In this document: one piece after another, positions 40,324 through 54,968 of the stretch
Position numbering within the stretch: the first letter of the stretch is position 1
Layout: each line of letters opens with the position of its first letter
From: an uncultured Pelagibacteraceae bacterium
GTDB lineage: Bacteria; Pseudomonadota; Alphaproteobacteria; Pelagibacterales; Pelagibacteraceae
Direction: 5' to 3'
Assembly (NCBI GenBank): GCA_902586485.1
Contig: CACIHO010000004.1
Coordinates: forward strand, 21,057 to 85,056
Length of the DNA stretch: 64,000 bases
Position numbers and translations under genes: made by a program
Notes under the pieces: model-generated
The model's database searches: none
Seen by the model: the letters and a program-made list of their open reading frames with translations, nothing else
What the model was told of the DNA's origin: nothing

Positions 40324-40674
40324 ATGGCAAGAGTTAAAAGAGGTGTAACTAGTAAAGCTAAACATAAAAAAGTTTTAAAAGCTGTAAAAGGTCAATGGGG
40401 CCGAAGAAAAAATACTATTAGAGTTGCTAAGCAAGCTATGGAAAAATCCATGCAATACGCTTACAGAGACAGAAGAAATAAAAAAAGAGATTTTAAATCA
40501 TTGTGGATACAGAGAATCAACGCTGGAGTTAGAGCCGAGGGCTTAACCTATTCAAAATTTATCAATGGATTAAATAAGTGTGGTATTGCAATAGATAGAA
40601 AAATTCTTGCTGAAATTGCTTACGATAGCCCAGAAGCATTCAAAACAATTGTACAAAAAGCTCAATCAGCTTAA
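40324..40674 (+). CDS. rplT: 50S ribosomal protein L20
   Basis: MARVKRG, YAYRDR and LWIQRINA motifs. Confidence 0.97.
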   Translation: MARVKRGVTSKAKHKKVLKAVKGQWGRRKNTIRVAKQAMEKSMQYAYRDRRNKKRDFKSLWIQRINAGVRAEGLTYSKFINGLNKCGIAIDRKILAEIAYDSPEAFKTIVQKAQSA

Positions 40675-40723
40675 AATTAATCTTCCCTATTGTTTTTATT
40701 TCTTAAGGAAATAATCTACTAAT

Positions 40724-41791
40724 ATGTCAGAGATAAAAAATATTAGAGATCAGTTTATTTCAAAGCTTGAAAGTGATTTGAGTACTGATCAAATAAATGA
40801 AATCAAAACCGAACTCTTTGGTAAAAATGGATTAATTTCAACAAAATTTAAAACAATAGGATCTATTCCAGAGACGGATAGAAAAAAATTTGCATCAGAT
40901 TTAAATCAAGCTAAAGACGAACTTCAGAAGTTGATAGCTTCTAAAATTAACAAGATAGAAGGAAAAAAAATAAACGAAAAATTAGAAAAAGAAAAAATTG
41001 ATATAACCTTACCTGAAAGACCATATGTAAGAGGAAAAATCCACCCAGTATCCCAAACTATTGATGAAATTTCATCTATTTTCTCCGAAATAGGATTTAG
41101 TGTTGAGGAAGGTCCTGATGTCGAAAATGAATACAATAACTTTACTGCTTTAAATACACCTGACAATCATCCAGCAAGAGATATGCATGATACATTTTAC
41201 TTGGATAAAAACAAAGAGGTTTTATTACGAACTCATACTTCACCAGTTCAAATTAGAACTATGCTTAAAGACAAACCTCCATTTAAGATCATTGCTCCTG
41301 GTAGAACTTATAGATCTGATAGTGATCAAACACACGCTCCAATGTTTCATCAAGTGGAAGGTTTACATATTGATACAAAAATTAATATGGGTCATTTGAA
41401 AGGATGTTTAAATTATTTTATTAAAGAATTTTTTGAGGTTAAAAAAATTAAAATGAGATTTAGACCTAGTCATTTTCCATTCACAGAACCATCTGCTGAA
41501 GTAGATATTGGTTATGAAATAAAAGATGGCAAAATAATTATTGGAGAAGGAAATAAGTGGCTTGAAATTTTAGGCTGTGGCATGGTGCATCCTAATGTTT
41601 TAAAAAATGTAAAAGTAGATCCTTCAAAATATCAAGGATATGCTTTTGGCATAGGTATAGACCGATTAGCAATGCTTAAATACGGTATTAATGATTTAAG
41701 AGCTTTTTTTGATTGTGATTACAGATGGCTAAATCATTTTGGTTTTGATCCACTTGATGTTCCTTCAAATTACAGAGGTTTAAGCAGATGA
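40724..41791 (+). CDS. pheS: Phenylalanine-tRNA ligase alpha subunit
   Basis: [19 protein letters not shown] and FPFTEPS motifs. Confidence 0.97.
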   Translation: MSEIKNIRDQFISKLESDLSTDQINEIKTELFGKNGLISTKFKTIGSIPETDRKKFASDLNQAKDELQKLIASKINKIEGKKINEKLEKEKIDITLPERPYVRGKIHPVSQTIDEISSIFSEIGFSVEEGPDVENEYNNFTALNTPDNHPARDMHDTFYLDKNKEVLLRTHTSPVQIRTMLKDKPPFKIIAPGRTYRSDSDQTHAPMFHQVEGLHIDTKINMGHLKGCLNYFIKEFFEVKKIKMRFRPSHFPFTEPSAEVDIGYEIKDGKIIIGEGNKWLEILGCGMVHPNVLKNVKVDPSKYQGYAFGIGIDRLAMLKYGINDLRAFFDCDYRWLNHFGFDPLDVPSNYRGLSR

Positions 41792-44196
41792 AGGTTACAT
41801 ATGATTGGTTAAAAGATCATTTAAAAATAAGTGCTAAAGAAGATAAACTTCTTGAGAAACTAACAGACATAGGTCTTGAGGTTGAGAGTATAGAAAATTT
41901 ATCAGAAGGATTAGAATTATTTAAGGTAGCAAAAATAGTAAAAACAGAAAAACATCCTAATGCAGACAGACTTAAAGTTTGTGATGTTGATGTTGGTAAT
42001 AAAGAAATCAAAAAAGTTGTTTGTGGTGCTACAAATGCAAGAGAGGGTCTTCTTACTGTATATGCCCCACCAGGTGCAATAATCCCAAAAAGTAAAACTA
42101 AACTTGTTGTTGCTAAAATAAGAGATGTTACATCTTATGGTATGCTCTGTTCCGAATCTGAATTAAATTTATCAGATGAAAGTGATGGGATTACTGAACT
42201 GCCGTCATCCAAATATGCCAAAAATATTGGAAAAAGTTATTTTTCTAAACCAAGTTCTAATATTATCGATTTATCAATTACACCAAATAGACCAGACTGT
42301 CTTGGTGTTCGGGGGATAGCGAGAGATTTATCAGCTGCAGGTTTTGGAAACTTAAAACCAGAAAAAACTAAAAAAATTAAATCTAATAAAAAACAGAACT
42401 TAAAAGTAAAAATAACAAAAGAAAAAAATCAAGGTTGTTTATCTTTTGGTAGCTGCTTGATAACTAACGTCAAAAATACAGAAAGTCCTCAATGGTTGAA
42501 AGATAAATTAATTTCTATAGGCCAAAAACCAATATCTGCAATTGTAGATATTACAAATTATGTCATGATTGATATTAATCGTCCTTTGCATGCTTACGAT
42601 GCTGATAAAATTGACAAGGGAATAATTGTTAGAAATTCAAAATCAGGAGAAGAATTTACTGCTCTAGATAATAAAAATTATATACTAGATGATGGAATGT
42701 GTGTGATAAGTGATAACAAAGGAGTCTTAGGCCTAGGTGGAATTATTGGAGGAACAAGATCCAGCACAGAGTTAGATACAAAAAATGTTTTATTAGAGTC
42801 GGCTTATTTTGAGCCAAGATCAATTAGAAAAACTGCTAAAAAATTGAATATTGATACAGATGCTAAATTTAGATTTGAAAGAGGTATTGATCAATTATCT
42901 ATTGAAGATGGATTAAATAAAGCAGCTTTTTTAATTAAGGAAATTTGTGATGGTGAAATTAGCAAAATAGATATTCAAAAAATTGAGTCTTATAAAAACA
43001 AAGTAATAAAATTTGAACCAAAAACATTTGAAAAAATTACTGGTTTTAAAATTTCAACTAAAGAAATGATAATCATTTTAGAAAAACTTGGGTTTAAATT
43101 AAAAAAAGAAAAAAAATTCTTTAAATTATCAGTCCCATCTTGGAGACCAGATATTGTTCAAGAAATTGATATAGTTGAGGAACTCGTAAGAATTAGTGGC
43201 TATGAAAAAATAAAAATAGAATATCCTATTAAAGAGAGATCAAAAAATACTTTAAATCCAACTCAAAAGTTATTTCATTTTATTCAAAGGGCAGTTGCAT
43301 CCAAAGGGTATTTGGAAGCAATTACTTGGTCTTTTACAGACTCTAAATATAATGATCACTTTAAAGAAGCCAGTAAAGAAGTAAAAATTGTAAATCCAAT
43401 TAGCTCTGAATTGGGAGTATTAAGAAATTCTATTTTTTCAAATTTAGCTATGTACGTGAGCAAAAACTTAGATAGGGGAATTAAAGATTTATCAATATTT
43501 GAAATAGGGCCAATATTTTATGGTCCACAACCTGGAGAACAGAACACAGTTGTTTGTGGCTTGTCAGCTGGAAAAAAATCTAGACTTTCATGGATTGAAA
43601 AAGAGAGAAATATAGATGTTTTTGATATTAAAAGAGATGTTATACAAACTTTAGTAGAATCTGGCTATGACACTGAAAAATTTTACATAGATGATGAAAG
43701 TCCCAATTATTATCATCCAGGAAAATCAGGCAGAATATTTTTAAACAAGGGAAAAGACAAGGTGGCTGCTTATTTTGGTGAAATTCATCCAAACATCATT
43801 AAAACGCTAGATATTAAAACAGAGTCTTTAGTGGGTTTCGAAATATTTCTAGATAATTTAAACCTGCCAAAAAAATCTTTAAAAGATCAAAAAACAAAAT
43901 ATTCAGTATCCGACTTTCAAAAATCTGAAAGAGATTTTGCATTTATTGTTGATAAAAAAATAAGTGTACAAGATATAGTAAGTGTCATATCAAATATTGA
44001 TAAAAATTTAATTTCAAACATTAAAGTATTTGACGTTTATGAAGGAGACAATATTCCTGAAAATCAAAAATCAGTTGCAATAAGCGTTACTATTCAATCA
44101 TTGGAAAAAACATTGACTGATAATGATTTAGAAAAAACTAATAATTTGATAATAGAAACAGTTGAAAATAAAACTGGTGCTAAAATTCGTTCCTAA
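41788..44196 (+). CDS. pheT: Phenylalanine-tRNA ligase beta subunit
   Basis: [22 protein letters not shown] and RFERG motifs. Confidence 0.97.
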   Translation: MKVTYDWLKDHLKISAKEDKLLEKLTDIGLEVESIENLSEGLELFKVAKIVKTEKHPNADRLKVCDVDVGNKEIKKVVCGATNAREGLLTVYAPPGAIIPKSKTKLVVAKIRDVTSYGMLCSESELNLSDESDGITELPSSKYAKNIGKSYFSKPSSNIIDLSITPNRPDCLGVRGIARDLSAAGFGNLKPEKTKKIKSNKKQNLKVKITKEKNQGCLSFGSCLITNVKNTESPQWLKDKLISIGQKPISAIVDITNYVMIDINRPLHAYDADKIDKGIIVRNSKSGEEFTALDNKNYILDDGMCVISDNKGVLGLGGIIGGTRSSTELDTKNVLLESAYFEPRSIRKTAKKLNIDTDAKFRFERGIDQLSIEDGLNKAAFLIKEICDGEISKIDIQKIESYKNKVIKFEPKTFEKITGFKISTKEMIIILEKLGFKLKKEKKFFKLSVPSWRPDIVQEIDIVEELVRISGYEKIKIEYPIKERSKNTLNPTQKLFHFIQRAVASKGYLEAITWSFTDSKYNDHFKEASKEVKIVNPISSELGVLRNSIFSNLAMYVSKNLDRGIKDLSIFEIGPIFYGPQPGEQNTVVCGLSAGKKSRLSWIEKERNIDVFDIKRDVIQTLVESGYDTEKFYIDDESPNYYHPGKSGRIFLNKGKDKVAAYFGEIHPNIIKTLDIKTESLVGFEIFLDNLNLPKKSLKDQKTKYSVSDFQKSERDFAFIVDKKISVQDIVSVISNIDKNLISNIKVFDVYEGDNIPENQKSVAISVTIQSLEKTLTDNDLEKTNNLIIETVENKTGAKIRS

Positions 44197-44204
44197 AATA
44201 ATTA

Positions 44205-46010
44205 ATGAGTTCAATTGATAATATAAGAAATTTTGCAATAATTGCGCATATCGATCATGGAAAATCTACTATTGCTGATAGAATTATTCACAGTTGTGGT
44301 GGATTAAGTGAAAGAGAAATGAAAGCTCAAGTTTTAGACTCTATGGATATTGAGCGTGAAAGAGGAATTACAATTAAAGCTCAAACTGTAAAATTAAATT
44401 ATAAAGCTAAAAATGGAAAAAATTATATTTTAAATATTATTGATACTCCAGGTCATGTAGATTTCAGTTATGAAGTAAGTAGATCTTTATATGCATGTGA
44501 AGGGTCAATTTTGATCGTAGATAGTACACAAGGGGTAGAGGCTCAAACTTTAGCAAATGTTTACCAAGCTTTAGATACTAATCATGAGATAGTACCAGTT
44601 TTAAATAAGGTCGATTTGCCTGCATCAGATTTAGATAGAACAAAAAAACAAATTGAGGAAGTTATAGGAATTGATACCGAAAATGCAATTCCGTGTTCAG
44701 GTAAAACTGGAGAAGGAATAGATGATATTTTAGAGCAAATTATTACAACATTACCAGCTCCAAAAGGAGAAAGTTCTGCAGATCTAAAATGTTTATTGGT
44801 TGATAGTTGGTATGATACATATCTAGGTGTAGTGATTTTAGTGAGAGTGATAGATGGCAAACTTTCTAAACAGATGAAAATAAAAATGATGTCTACTAAT
44901 CAGGAGTATATTGTTGAAAAAGTTGGAGTTTTTACACCAAAGCCAGTAGACATAAATGAGTTAAAAACAGGTGAAATTGGATTTATTACAACAGGAATTA
45001 AAGTTTTGTCTGAAACAAAAGTTGGAGATACTATTTGTGATGCTTCAAAACCTTTAAATGATGCTTTACCAGGATTTAAACCAAGTAAACCAGTAGTTTT
45101 TTGTGGTTTATTTCCTGTAGATAGTTCTGAGTTTCAAAAATTGAAAGATGGTTTAGCTAAATTACAATTGAATGATGCAAGTTTCTCTTTTGAGCCAGAG
45201 TCATCATCTGCTTTAGGTTTGGGTTTTAGATGCGGATTTTTAGGATTACTTCATTTGGAAATAGTTACAGAGAGACTAGAAAGAGAATTTGATGTTAATT
45301 TATTAACAACTACACCTGGTGTTGTATATAAAGTTTACCTTAATAATGGAAACATAATTGATCTTCAAAATCCATCAAGTTTACCAGATCCAACTGTAAT
45401 AAAATACATCGAAGAGCCATGGATAAAAGCAACAATCATTACTCCTGACCAATATTTAGGCTCAATTATAAAAATGTGTCAGGATAAAAGAGGAATTCAG
45501 ACTAATTTGAGTTATTCAGGTAATAGAGCTGTAGTGAATTATGAGTTACCATTGAATGAAGTTGTTTTTGATTTTAATGATAGACTGAAATCTATGACTA
45601 GTGGCTACGCCAGTTTTGATTACGAGATCATTGAGCATAGAGAAGGAGATTTAGTAAAACTTGGTATTCTAGTAAATGGAGAACCAGTTGATGCTTTAGC
45701 GATGATGATACATAAAGACTTTGCACAAAAAACTGGGAGAGAGGTTTGTGAAAAATTAAAAGATTTAATACCTCGACATAATTTTATGATTCCAGTTCAA
45801 GCTGCTATAGGAGGAAAAATTATTGCTAGAGAAACTATTAAGGGTTTTAAAAAAGATGTTCTGACTAAAATTCATGGAGGTGGAGCCACAGATAGAAAAA
45901 GAAAGCTTTTAGAAAAACAAAAAAAGGGTAAAGCACGATCAAAACAGTTTGGAAGAGTTGAAATTCCACAAGAAGCTTTTATTGGAGTACTTAAAATTCA
46001 AAAAGAATAA
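44205..46010 (+). CDS. lepA: Translation elongation factor 4
   Basis: [29 protein letters not shown] and LLEKQKKGK motifs. Confidence 0.98.
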   Translation: MSSIDNIRNFAIIAHIDHGKSTIADRIIHSCGGLSEREMKAQVLDSMDIERERGITIKAQTVKLNYKAKNGKNYILNIIDTPGHVDFSYEVSRSLYACEGSILIVDSTQGVEAQTLANVYQALDTNHEIVPVLNKVDLPASDLDRTKKQIEEVIGIDTENAIPCSGKTGEGIDDILEQIITTLPAPKGESSADLKCLLVDSWYDTYLGVVILVRVIDGKLSKQMKIKMMSTNQEYIVEKVGVFTPKPVDINELKTGEIGFITTGIKVLSETKVGDTICDASKPLNDALPGFKPSKPVVFCGLFPVDSSEFQKLKDGLAKLQLNDASFSFEPESSSALGLGFRCGFLGLLHLEIVTERLEREFDVNLLTTTPGVVYKVYLNNGNIIDLQNPSSLPDPTVIKYIEEPWIKATIITPDQYLGSIIKMCQDKRGIQTNLSYSGNRAVVNYELPLNEVVFDFNDRLKSMTSGYASFDYEIIEHREGDLVKLGILVNGEPVDALAMMIHKDFAQKTGREVCEKLKDLIPRHNFMIPVQAAIGGKIIARETIKGFKKDVLTKIHGGGATDRKRKLLEKQKKGKARSKQFGRVEIPQEAFIGVLKIQKE

Positions 46011-46013
46011 ATT

Positions 46014-47042
46014 ATGAAAAAAATTAATTGGGGAATAATTGGTTTGGGAAATATAGCCAAAAATTTCTCGGAAGGTTTTTTTGAAGCAAACAATTCAAAA
46101 CTTTTAGCTATATCAAGTTCTAATCAAAAAAAAAAAAACTTTTTTAAACAAAAATTTAAAATAGATGAGAAATTTATTTTTAAAAATTATGAAGATTTAT
46201 TAGATTGCGAAGATGTTGAGGTAGTCTACATTACATTGCCTAATAATTTTCACTATCAATGGATAGACAAATGTATAGAAAAAAATAAGAATATTTTAGT
46301 AGAAAAACCTGCTTTTATTTATGAAGAAAATGCAAAAGATATTCATAAAAAAATACAGAGTAAAAATTTATTTTTTTCTGAAGGATATATGTATAGATAT
46401 AATCCCCTGATACACAAATTAGTTGAAATTATTAAAAATGAAGAGCTTGGTAAAATGATTTCAATGAAATCAAATTTTTGTAAAAATATATTAACTAAAA
46501 AAAAATTTTTCTTTTTTAAAAAAAAAAGAAAAATTGACGAAAATGGTAGGTTATTTAACAAACAATTAGGTGGAGGATGTATTCTAGATTTAGGATGTTA
46601 TCCGATTTCACTAACTTTATTGATAGCATCATTGTTTAAAGATCTTGATATAAATAATTTTGAATTAAAAAATATAAAAAAAGAAATTGGTAAAACAAAT
46701 GTAGAAATTGATGCGGAAATTGAAATTATTTTTGAAAATGGTTTTGCATCAAAAGTAAAATCTTCATTTAAAAACCCTATAGGATCAGATACTATAATTT
46801 TTTTTGAGAAGGGATATGTTAAAATCAACAATACCTGGACAGGTAATACAGAAATTTTAAAATTTAGAAATGGAAAAAAAGAACTATTTAAAAATAATGT
46901 GAATAGAAACATATATTCGTATGAAATTGTTGAAGTCAGTAAAAGCATATTAGAAAATAGAAACAAACCATGTTTTCCAGGAACAACTATTAATGAAACA
47001 GTTTTAAATACAAAAATTTTAGAAAGTTGGCTGAATGCATAA
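46014..47042 (+). CDS. Gfo/Idh/MocA family oxidoreductase
   Basis: WGIIGLGNIA Rossmann fold, LVEKP and GGGCILDLGCY motifs. Confidence 0.88.
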   Translation: MKKINWGIIGLGNIAKNFSEGFFEANNSKLLAISSSNQKKKNFFKQKFKIDEKFIFKNYEDLLDCEDVEVVYITLPNNFHYQWIDKCIEKNKNILVEKPAFIYEENAKDIHKKIQSKNLFFSEGYMYRYNPLIHKLVEIIKNEELGKMISMKSNFCKNILTKKKFFFFKKKRKIDENGRLFNKQLGGGCILDLGCYPISLTLLIASLFKDLDINNFELKNIKKEIGKTNVEIDAEIEIIFENGFASKVKSSFKNPIGSDTIIFFEKGYVKINNTWTGNTEILKFRNGKKELFKNNVNRNIYSYEIVEVSKSILENRNKPCFPGTTINETVLNTKILESWLNA

Positions 47043-47844
47043 AAATAAAATGATAGATTGTATTACTTTTTTTGATAATAATTTTATGTTTGAGATTCGA
47101 TATAATATTTTAAAAAACTATGTAGATTATTTTGTGATATGTGAGTCTCTTTTTGATCACGCAGGTAAATCAAAAAAATCAAATTTTATCTTTAAAGAAA
47201 TTTATGATGAAAAAAAAATAAAATATATTTTATTAGATAAGCCTTTTCCAAAAAATACAAATAGATGGCAAAATCAGGCAATCCAAAGAGAATATATATT
47301 AAGCAATATTGATTTCGCTTCTTCAGAAGACTTTATTTTTTTTTCTGATCCTGATGAGATAATAAAACCTGATATTTTAGAAAATTTTGATTTAAACTCT
47401 AAATATGGAATTTTTTTACAAGATTGCTTTAATTATAAAATAAATCTATTTAATAAATATGAAAGTCCATGGGAAGGGACAAGAGTTGCTAAAAAAAAAA
47501 ATCTAAAATCTATAGATTTTTTAAGACACAAAGTTAGAATGAAAAATTTAAGATATAGTTTTTATAGATTTGATAAAGAAAAAAATATTCAAATATTTAA
47601 AAATGCTGGTTGGCACTTTAATAATTTAATGTCGCCTGAAGACATTTCTTTAAAATTAAAAACTTTTGCTCATGAGGAGTTTTCTGGTAATGAATTTTCG
47701 TCAATTGAGGTAATAAAAAATAAAATCAAAAATAAGAGAGACCTTTTCAATAGAGGTCATACATATGAAAAAATTGAACTTAATGAACGTTTTCCAAAAT
47801 ATATTCTTGATAACAAAAATAAATTTAAAGAGTATATTATTTAA
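47035..47844 (+). CDS. Glycosyltransferase family 17-like (GnT-III-like) protein
   Basis: IDCITFF..., [18 protein letters not shown] (DxD), GWHF and K..TFAH.E motifs. Confidence 0.75.
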   Translation: MHKNKMIDCITFFDNNFMFEIRYNILKNYVDYFVICESLFDHAGKSKKSNFIFKEIYDEKKIKYILLDKPFPKNTNRWQNQAIQREYILSNIDFASSEDFIFFSDPDEIIKPDILENFDLNSKYGIFLQDCFNYKINLFNKYESPWEGTRVAKKKNLKSIDFLRHKVRMKNLRYSFYRFDKEKNIQIFKNAGWHFNNLMSPEDISLKLKTFAHEEFSGNEFSSIEVIKNKIKNKRDLFNRGHTYEKIELNERFPKYILDNKNKFKEYII

Positions 47845-47850
47845 ACAAAA

Positions 47851-47940
47851 GGAGAGGTGGCCGAGTGGTTGAAGGCGCACGCTTGGAAAGCGTGTATAGG
47901 GGAAACTCTATCATGGGTTCGAATCCCATTCTCTCCGCCA
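47851..47940 (+). tRNA. tRNA-Ser (GGA)
   Basis: GGAGAGG/TCTCTCC acceptor, CACGC-TTGGAAA-GCGTG anticodon arm, long variable arm, G73 plus CCA; 90 nt. Confidence 0.97.
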
Positions 47941-48022
47941 TTAAATAAGCCTTATTTTTCAAGTGTTATTTAAGCATTTTAAAGTTTTTTTAGTAAGATA
48001 AATCAGCAATTTTTTAAAAAAA

Positions 48023-48031
48023 TGTTATAAT
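48023..48031 (+). promoter_or_regulatory. Extended -10 promoter upstream of gyrB
   Basis: TGtTATAAT 24 nt upstream of the gyrB ATG. Confidence 0.55.
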
Positions 48032-48034
48032 TAA

Positions 48035-50119
<2,085 letters not shown>

Positions 50120-50121
50120 AA

Positions 50122-51402
50122 ATGAAGTTTTTTGAAACTTCAAAATATCATTCTTTTAAAAAATCTACTTATATAACTCTTAGATGGATTGGGATTATTG
50201 GACAATTAATTGCAGTAAATTTTGTATTTTTTTTTCTGAATAATAATTTTGATTTTATTACTTCAAATATAGTTATACTTCTTGGTGTATTAAGTAATTT
50301 ATATTTAATTTTCATTTATAAAAAAACACAACTATCAGACAGATCTGCTTTCTTATTCTTACTTATAGATATTTTACAGTTAGGTGTTCTTCTTTACTTA
50401 TCAGGTGGAATTACCAATCCATTTGTAATTTTTATTTTGATACCGAGTGTTTTTTCTTCATCAAATTTAAGTTTAAGAACTAATACTTTATTAGTAGCCT
50501 TAACAATAATTTTAATTATATTTTTAACTTTTAATTATCAAGATTTACCAATTAATTTAAATAGTGATTTTCATAATAATCATTATTTTTATTACTCTAT
50601 ACCAATATCATTAATTATTGCTCTAGTATTTTTAAATTACTTTGCAATGACATTCGGAATACAATCTAAATTAAGAAAAGAAGCATTAGGAAAAATGGAA
50701 GAAGTAATGGCTAAAGAACATGAGCTTTTATCTTTAGGTGGCCAAGCAGCTGCAGCAGCACATTCTTTAGGAACTCCACTTTCAACAATAACAATAATTG
50801 CTCATGATCTAATGAAACAATTTAAGGGTCAGAAGGATATAAAAAAAGATATCGAATTATTAAATAGCCAAGTTGATCGATGTAATGAAATTTTAAAACG
50901 TTTAACCCTTAACCCTGTTGAAGAAGATGAATTTATAGATAAAGATATTAACATTAGAGATTATTTGCATGAAATCATCTCATCATTTAAAGAAATTAGT
51001 AAAAAAGAGTTTGTTTTTAATTTTGATCAAGACTCTAACCCTAAAAAAATAAGTAAATCTATAGAGATAGTTTATGGTTTAAGAAATTTTATTGGAAATG
51101 CTAATAAATTCACAAAAAACACAATCTTTATAAACTTAAAAAGTGATAGTGAAATGACTGAAATAACAATTGAAGATGATGGTGATGGCTATCCTAGAGA
51201 TATATTATCAAAAATTGGAGAACCATATTTAAAATCAAATTATTCTAATGACAAGTCAAAGCAAGGTCTTGGTCTTGGTTTGTTTATTGGAAAAACTTTA
51301 TTAGAAAAAAATTTTGCATCAGTAAACTGCAGAAATTCTAAAACTCGTAGTGGAGCCGAAATTAATATTAAATGGAAGAATAAAGAATTATTCAATATTT
51401 AG
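50122..51402 (+). CDS. regB: RegB/PrrB/ActS family redox sensor histidine kinase
   Basis: LRW, GGITNPF quinone-binding motif, [12 protein letters not shown]-box, RC..IL redox Cys and DDG.G/GLGLGL ATP lid. Confidence 0.9.
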   Translation: MKFFETSKYHSFKKSTYITLRWIGIIGQLIAVNFVFFFLNNNFDFITSNIVILLGVLSNLYLIFIYKKTQLSDRSAFLFLLIDILQLGVLLYLSGGITNPFVIFILIPSVFSSSNLSLRTNTLLVALTIILIIFLTFNYQDLPINLNSDFHNNHYFYYSIPISLIIALVFLNYFAMTFGIQSKLRKEALGKMEEVMAKEHELLSLGGQAAAAAHSLGTPLSTITIIAHDLMKQFKGQKDIKKDIELLNSQVDRCNEILKRLTLNPVEEDEFIDKDINIRDYLHEIISSFKEISKKEFVFNFDQDSNPKKISKSIEIVYGLRNFIGNANKFTKNTIFINLKSDSEMTEITIEDDGDGYPRDILSKIGEPYLKSNYSNDKSKQGLGLGLFIGKTLLEKNFASVNCRNSKTRSGAEINIKWKNKELFNI

Positions 51403-53198
51403 TGATATTTTTTCTTTGTTTCAAATAATGAACTTAATTGAGATATCATAACATCTCCCAATTCATTTACGTCAGTAATTTTAATTGCTTTCTCATAATA
51501 CCTTGAAACATCATGACCTATTCCTATTGCTAAAACTTCGATATCAGACTTCTTTTCAATGAATTTAACAATTTTTTTTAAATTTTTTTCTAAAAAGTCT
51601 CCTGAATTTACAGAAAGAGTTGAGTCATCCACAGGTGCTCCATCAGAAATTATCATCAAGATTTTTCTTTCTTCTTTTCTTTTTTTAATCCTATTGTAAG
51701 CCCATGATATTGCTTCTCCATCAATATTTTCTTTAAGCAAACCCTCTTTAAGCATTAATCCCAAATTATTTTTTGCTTGTCTCCAATGAGTATCTGCACT
51801 TTTGTAAATAATGTGTCTTAAATCATTTAATCTACCTGGTGTTTTAGGTTTTGAATTTTTTGTCCAAAGCTCTCTACTTTGTCCACCTTTCCAGTTTTTA
51901 GTTGTAAAACCTAAAATTTCTACTTTGACAGAGCATCTTTCTAGAGTTCTAGACAAGATATCTGCACATATAGCGGCGATAGTAATTGGTCTTCCCCTCA
52001 TAGATCCTGAATTATCAATTAATAAAGTTACTACTGTATCTTTAAAATCTAAGTCTTTTTCTTTTTTGAATGATAAAGAATTGTAAGGGTCCATTATAAC
52101 TCTTGGAAGTTTAGAGCTATCTAATAAGCCTTCTTCTAAATCAAATTCCCAAGCCCTATTCTGTTTTGCAAGTAATTGTCTTTGAAGTTTATTTGCTAAT
52201 TTGGTAATAACGTCTTGGAAACCAATTAGCTGTTGATCTAAACTTTTTCTAAGTTTTGTTGCTTCATCAGCATTTTCTAAATTCTCTGCTTTTACAATTT
52301 CATCATACTGTGTAGTAAATATTTTGTAATCGAGATTAATGTTATCTATATTTTTTTTTACTATTTGTTCTGAACTATGTTCATCTGACTCAACTTCATT
52401 GAGTTGTTCATCTAAGTTAAATTCATCAATGCTATAATCAGCATCTAGAGAGGCTTGAGTATCTTGGTTATTGTTTTCATCTTTATTATCTTCGTTATCA
52501 CTGTTCTGATCATCATTTGAAGGATTATCTTGGCCTTGATCCTGATTTTCTTCCTCTTTTTCGTTATCCTCATCACTTTGAAAAATATCCATTTCTTCCA
52601 ATATTTGAGAAAACGTTGAAGAGTACAAATTTTGATCCTCTAGATTATTCATCAAAAATTCCTTATGTTTTTCAATGGAATTTTCAAAATCTTTTTCCCA
52701 AAAATTTAACATTCTAGAAGTGAGTGCGTTTAACTTTATTTTATGAAAGTTTTTAAGCATATATAGTTCAAAAGCCTCTGCCACAGGCACATCCTCTTTT
52801 GTTTTTAATTGGTCTTTTCTTTTACGATTAATCATTTGTGCATAGTTTTCATGAAAATTTTTTTCGATTCCTTTTAGCATCTGGCCACCCAAGGCCTCAT
52901 ATCTAATTTTTTCAGCAATATTATAAAGTGACCTTGAGGAAGTATTATTAGGTAAGTTTTTTTTATAGATTAATTCATCAGAAAATTTCTTTTTAAGAGC
53001 ACTCGAGTCAGTCTCGGCACGCAATCTTATAAAGTCACTCGGATTAGTAAGATTATCAATTTCAGATAAAATAAAATCTCTAGTTTTTTTTTCATCTAAG
53101 TTTTTTTTATCTAAATCAAAATCATCTGAAATTACTTTTGCTGTTGAATTTAAAGCAATTCTGAATTTTTCTTTTAAATTAGAATTTTTAGAGCTCAT
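51399..53198 (-). CDS. cobT: CobT-like vWA domain protein (cobaltochelatase subunit family)
   Basis: Acidic linker, [20 protein letters not shown] (MIDAS), KENIDGEA and SDGAPVDD motifs. Confidence 0.9.
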   Translation of the reverse strand: MSSKNSNLKEKFRIALNSTAKVISDDFDLDKKNLDEKKTRDFILSEIDNLTNPSDFIRLRAETDSSALKKKFSDELIYKKNLPNNTSSRSLYNIAEKIRYEALGGQMLKGIEKNFHENYAQMINRKRKDQLKTKEDVPVAEAFELYMLKNFHKIKLNALTSRMLNFWEKDFENSIEKHKEFLMNNLEDQNLYSSTFSQILEEMDIFQSDEDNEKEEENQDQGQDNPSNDDQNSDNEDNKDENNNQDTQASLDADYSIDEFNLDEQLNEVESDEHSSEQIVKKNIDNINLDYKIFTTQYDEIVKAENLENADEATKLRKSLDQQLIGFQDVITKLANKLQRQLLAKQNRAWEFDLEEGLLDSSKLPRVIMDPYNSLSFKKEKDLDFKDTVVTLLIDNSGSMRGRPITIAAICADILSRTLERCSVKVEILGFTTKNWKGGQSRELWTKNSKPKTPGRLNDLRHIIYKSADTHWRQAKNNLGLMLKEGLLKENIDGEAISWAYNRIKKRKEERKILMIISDGAPVDDSTLSVNSGDFLEKNLKKIVKFIEKKSDIEVLAIGIGHDVSRYYEKAIKITDVNELGDVMISQLSSLFETKKKYH

Positions 53199-54173
53199 TT
53201 AAATTTGAATATTAACCAAAGACTCTGGTAATTCTTCCCCAAAACATCTCTGATAATATTCTGCGATAGTATTTTTTTCAATATCATCACATTTATTAAG
53301 AAAAGTTACTCTAAAAGCGTAACCAGTATCTTTAAAAATTTCAGAATTTTCAGCCCAGTGTAGTACAGTTCTAGGACTCATTACCGTTGAAATATCTCCC
53401 GCTACAAATCCTTTACGTGTAAGAGATGCCACTTTTATCATATTAGCAACTTTTTCTTTGCCTTTTGCATTATTAAAATTTTTATTTTTAGATAATACAA
53501 TATCCATTTCTCTGTCTAGGCTGAGATAGTTTAATGTTGTAACAATATTCCATCTATCCATCTGACCTTGGTTAATTTGCTGCGTACCATGATAAAGGCC
53601 TGTAGTATCACCTAGTCCAACAGTATTTGATGTAGCAAATAATCTAAAAAATTTATTTTGTTTAATTACTTTGTTTTTATCTAGTAATGTAAAATTTCCC
53701 TCAGCTTCCAAAACTCTTTGAATTACAAACATTACATCAGGTCTACCAGCATCATATTCATCAAAAACAAGTGCAACTGGATTTTGTATAGACCATGGTA
53801 AAATTCCCTCGTTAAATTGAGTGACTTGTTTACCATCCTTAAGAACGATCGCATCTTTTCCAATCAAATCAATTCTACTTACATGACTATCTAAATTTAC
53901 ACGTATACAAGGCCAATTTAATCTTGCAGCTATTTGTTCAATGTGAGTAGATTTTCCAGTGCCATGATACCCTTGAACTAAAACTCTCTTATTAAAAGCA
54001 AATCCTGAAATAATGGCTAAAGTAGTATCTCTATCGAACTTGTAGTTTTTATCAATTTCAGGAACGTACTCATTTTTTTTTGAAAATGCGTCAACTTCCA
54101 TTTCTGAATCAATTCCAAAAGTTTGTTTTAGTGAAACTTTAATGTCTGGTTCTGTGTTAAGATTTGGTGTCAA
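53199..54173 (-). CDS. cobS: CobS-like AAA+ ATPase (cobaltochelatase subunit family)
   Basis: [20 protein letters not shown] and [15 protein letters not shown] motifs. Confidence 0.93.
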   Translation of the reverse strand: MTPNLNTEPDIKVSLKQTFGIDSEMEVDAFSKKNEYVPEIDKNYKFDRDTTLAIISGFAFNKRVLVQGYHGTGKSTHIEQIAARLNWPCIRVNLDSHVSRIDLIGKDAIVLKDGKQVTQFNEGILPWSIQNPVALVFDEYDAGRPDVMFVIQRVLEAEGNFTLLDKNKVIKQNKFFRLFATSNTVGLGDTTGLYHGTQQINQGQMDRWNIVTTLNYLSLDREMDIVLSKNKNFNNAKGKEKVANMIKVASLTRKGFVAGDISTVMSPRTVLHWAENSEIFKDTGYAFRVTFLNKCDDIEKNTIAEYYQRCFGEELPESLVNIQI

Positions 54174-54690
54174 TTTTTTCTCTATAGGTTTTTTTTAATT
54201 GGGTATAAGCTAATGTTATAAGTTTAAGTTTTTCTTCGTATTTTTTATTTCCAGAATTCATATCAGGGTGAAATTTTTTCACAAGTAATTTGAATTTATC
54301 TTGTATTCTCTTCCACTTTAAACCTACAGAAACACCCAATATTCCAAAAGCTTTTATATCTTTATGATCAAATTTAAATTGACGCATATGATTATAATCT
54401 CCATTTATTTTTTCTTTATCGAACTCATCTCTCAAAGTTGTATTCCATAACACCTTGAAAAAATTATCTGAGGAGCTAAAGCTCTGCGTGGGTTTGTGCC
54501 AAGTCATGTCAGATTTTAAAAAATTTATTACTTGGTCATCATTCATTCCTGAAAAATAGTTCCAATTTTTATTAAATTCTTTAACATGCTCAAGGCAAAG
54601 CATTCTAAATTTTCTGCTATTATCTTTTTCAACTGGTGCCTTATATTCACCTATTTCATTACAATTATTCCAGTCACAAATATTTTTCAT
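54157..54690 (-). CDS. J-domain (DnaJ-like) protein with N-terminal Cys motif
   Basis: Start MKNICDW at 54690; C..C...CLEHV.EFNK.WNYF.GM and C-terminal HPD motif. Confidence 0.85.
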   Translation of the reverse strand: MKNICDWNNCNEIGEYKAPVEKDNSRKFRMLCLEHVKEFNKNWNYFSGMNDDQVINFLKSDMTWHKPTQSFSSSDNFFKVLWNTTLRDEFDKEKINGDYNHMRQFKFDHKDIKAFGILGVSVGLKWKRIQDKFKLLVKKFHPDMNSGNKKYEEKLKLITLAYTQLKKTYREKIDTKS

Positions 54691-54707
54691 GATATATAAT
54701 AACATAT

Positions 54708-54968
54708 ATGGACATAAATGAGTTAATTACAATTGTAAAAAATAAATTATTAAATCAAATAAATATTGAAAGTATAAATATTGAAGATAAATCTTTTCTT
54801 CATAAAAATCATAAAGGAAATCAAGAAGGAAAATATCATTTAAAATTAATTATTGTTTCTGAAGAACTAAAAAAAATGAATAAAATTGAAAGTAATAAAA
54901 AAATTTACAAGATTTTAGATCAAGAATTAAAAGAATTTATTCACTCAATTCAAATTTTAATTAGTTAA
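54708..54968 (+). CDS. bolA: BolA family protein
   Basis: IEDKSFLH..H, H..L.IVS and IHS.QI motifs; divergent from the J-domain gene as in other alphaproteobacteria. Confidence 0.85.
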   Translation: MDINELITIVKNKLLNQINIESINIEDKSFLHKNHKGNQEGKYHLKLIIVSEELKKMNKIESNKKIYKILDQELKEFIHSIQILIS

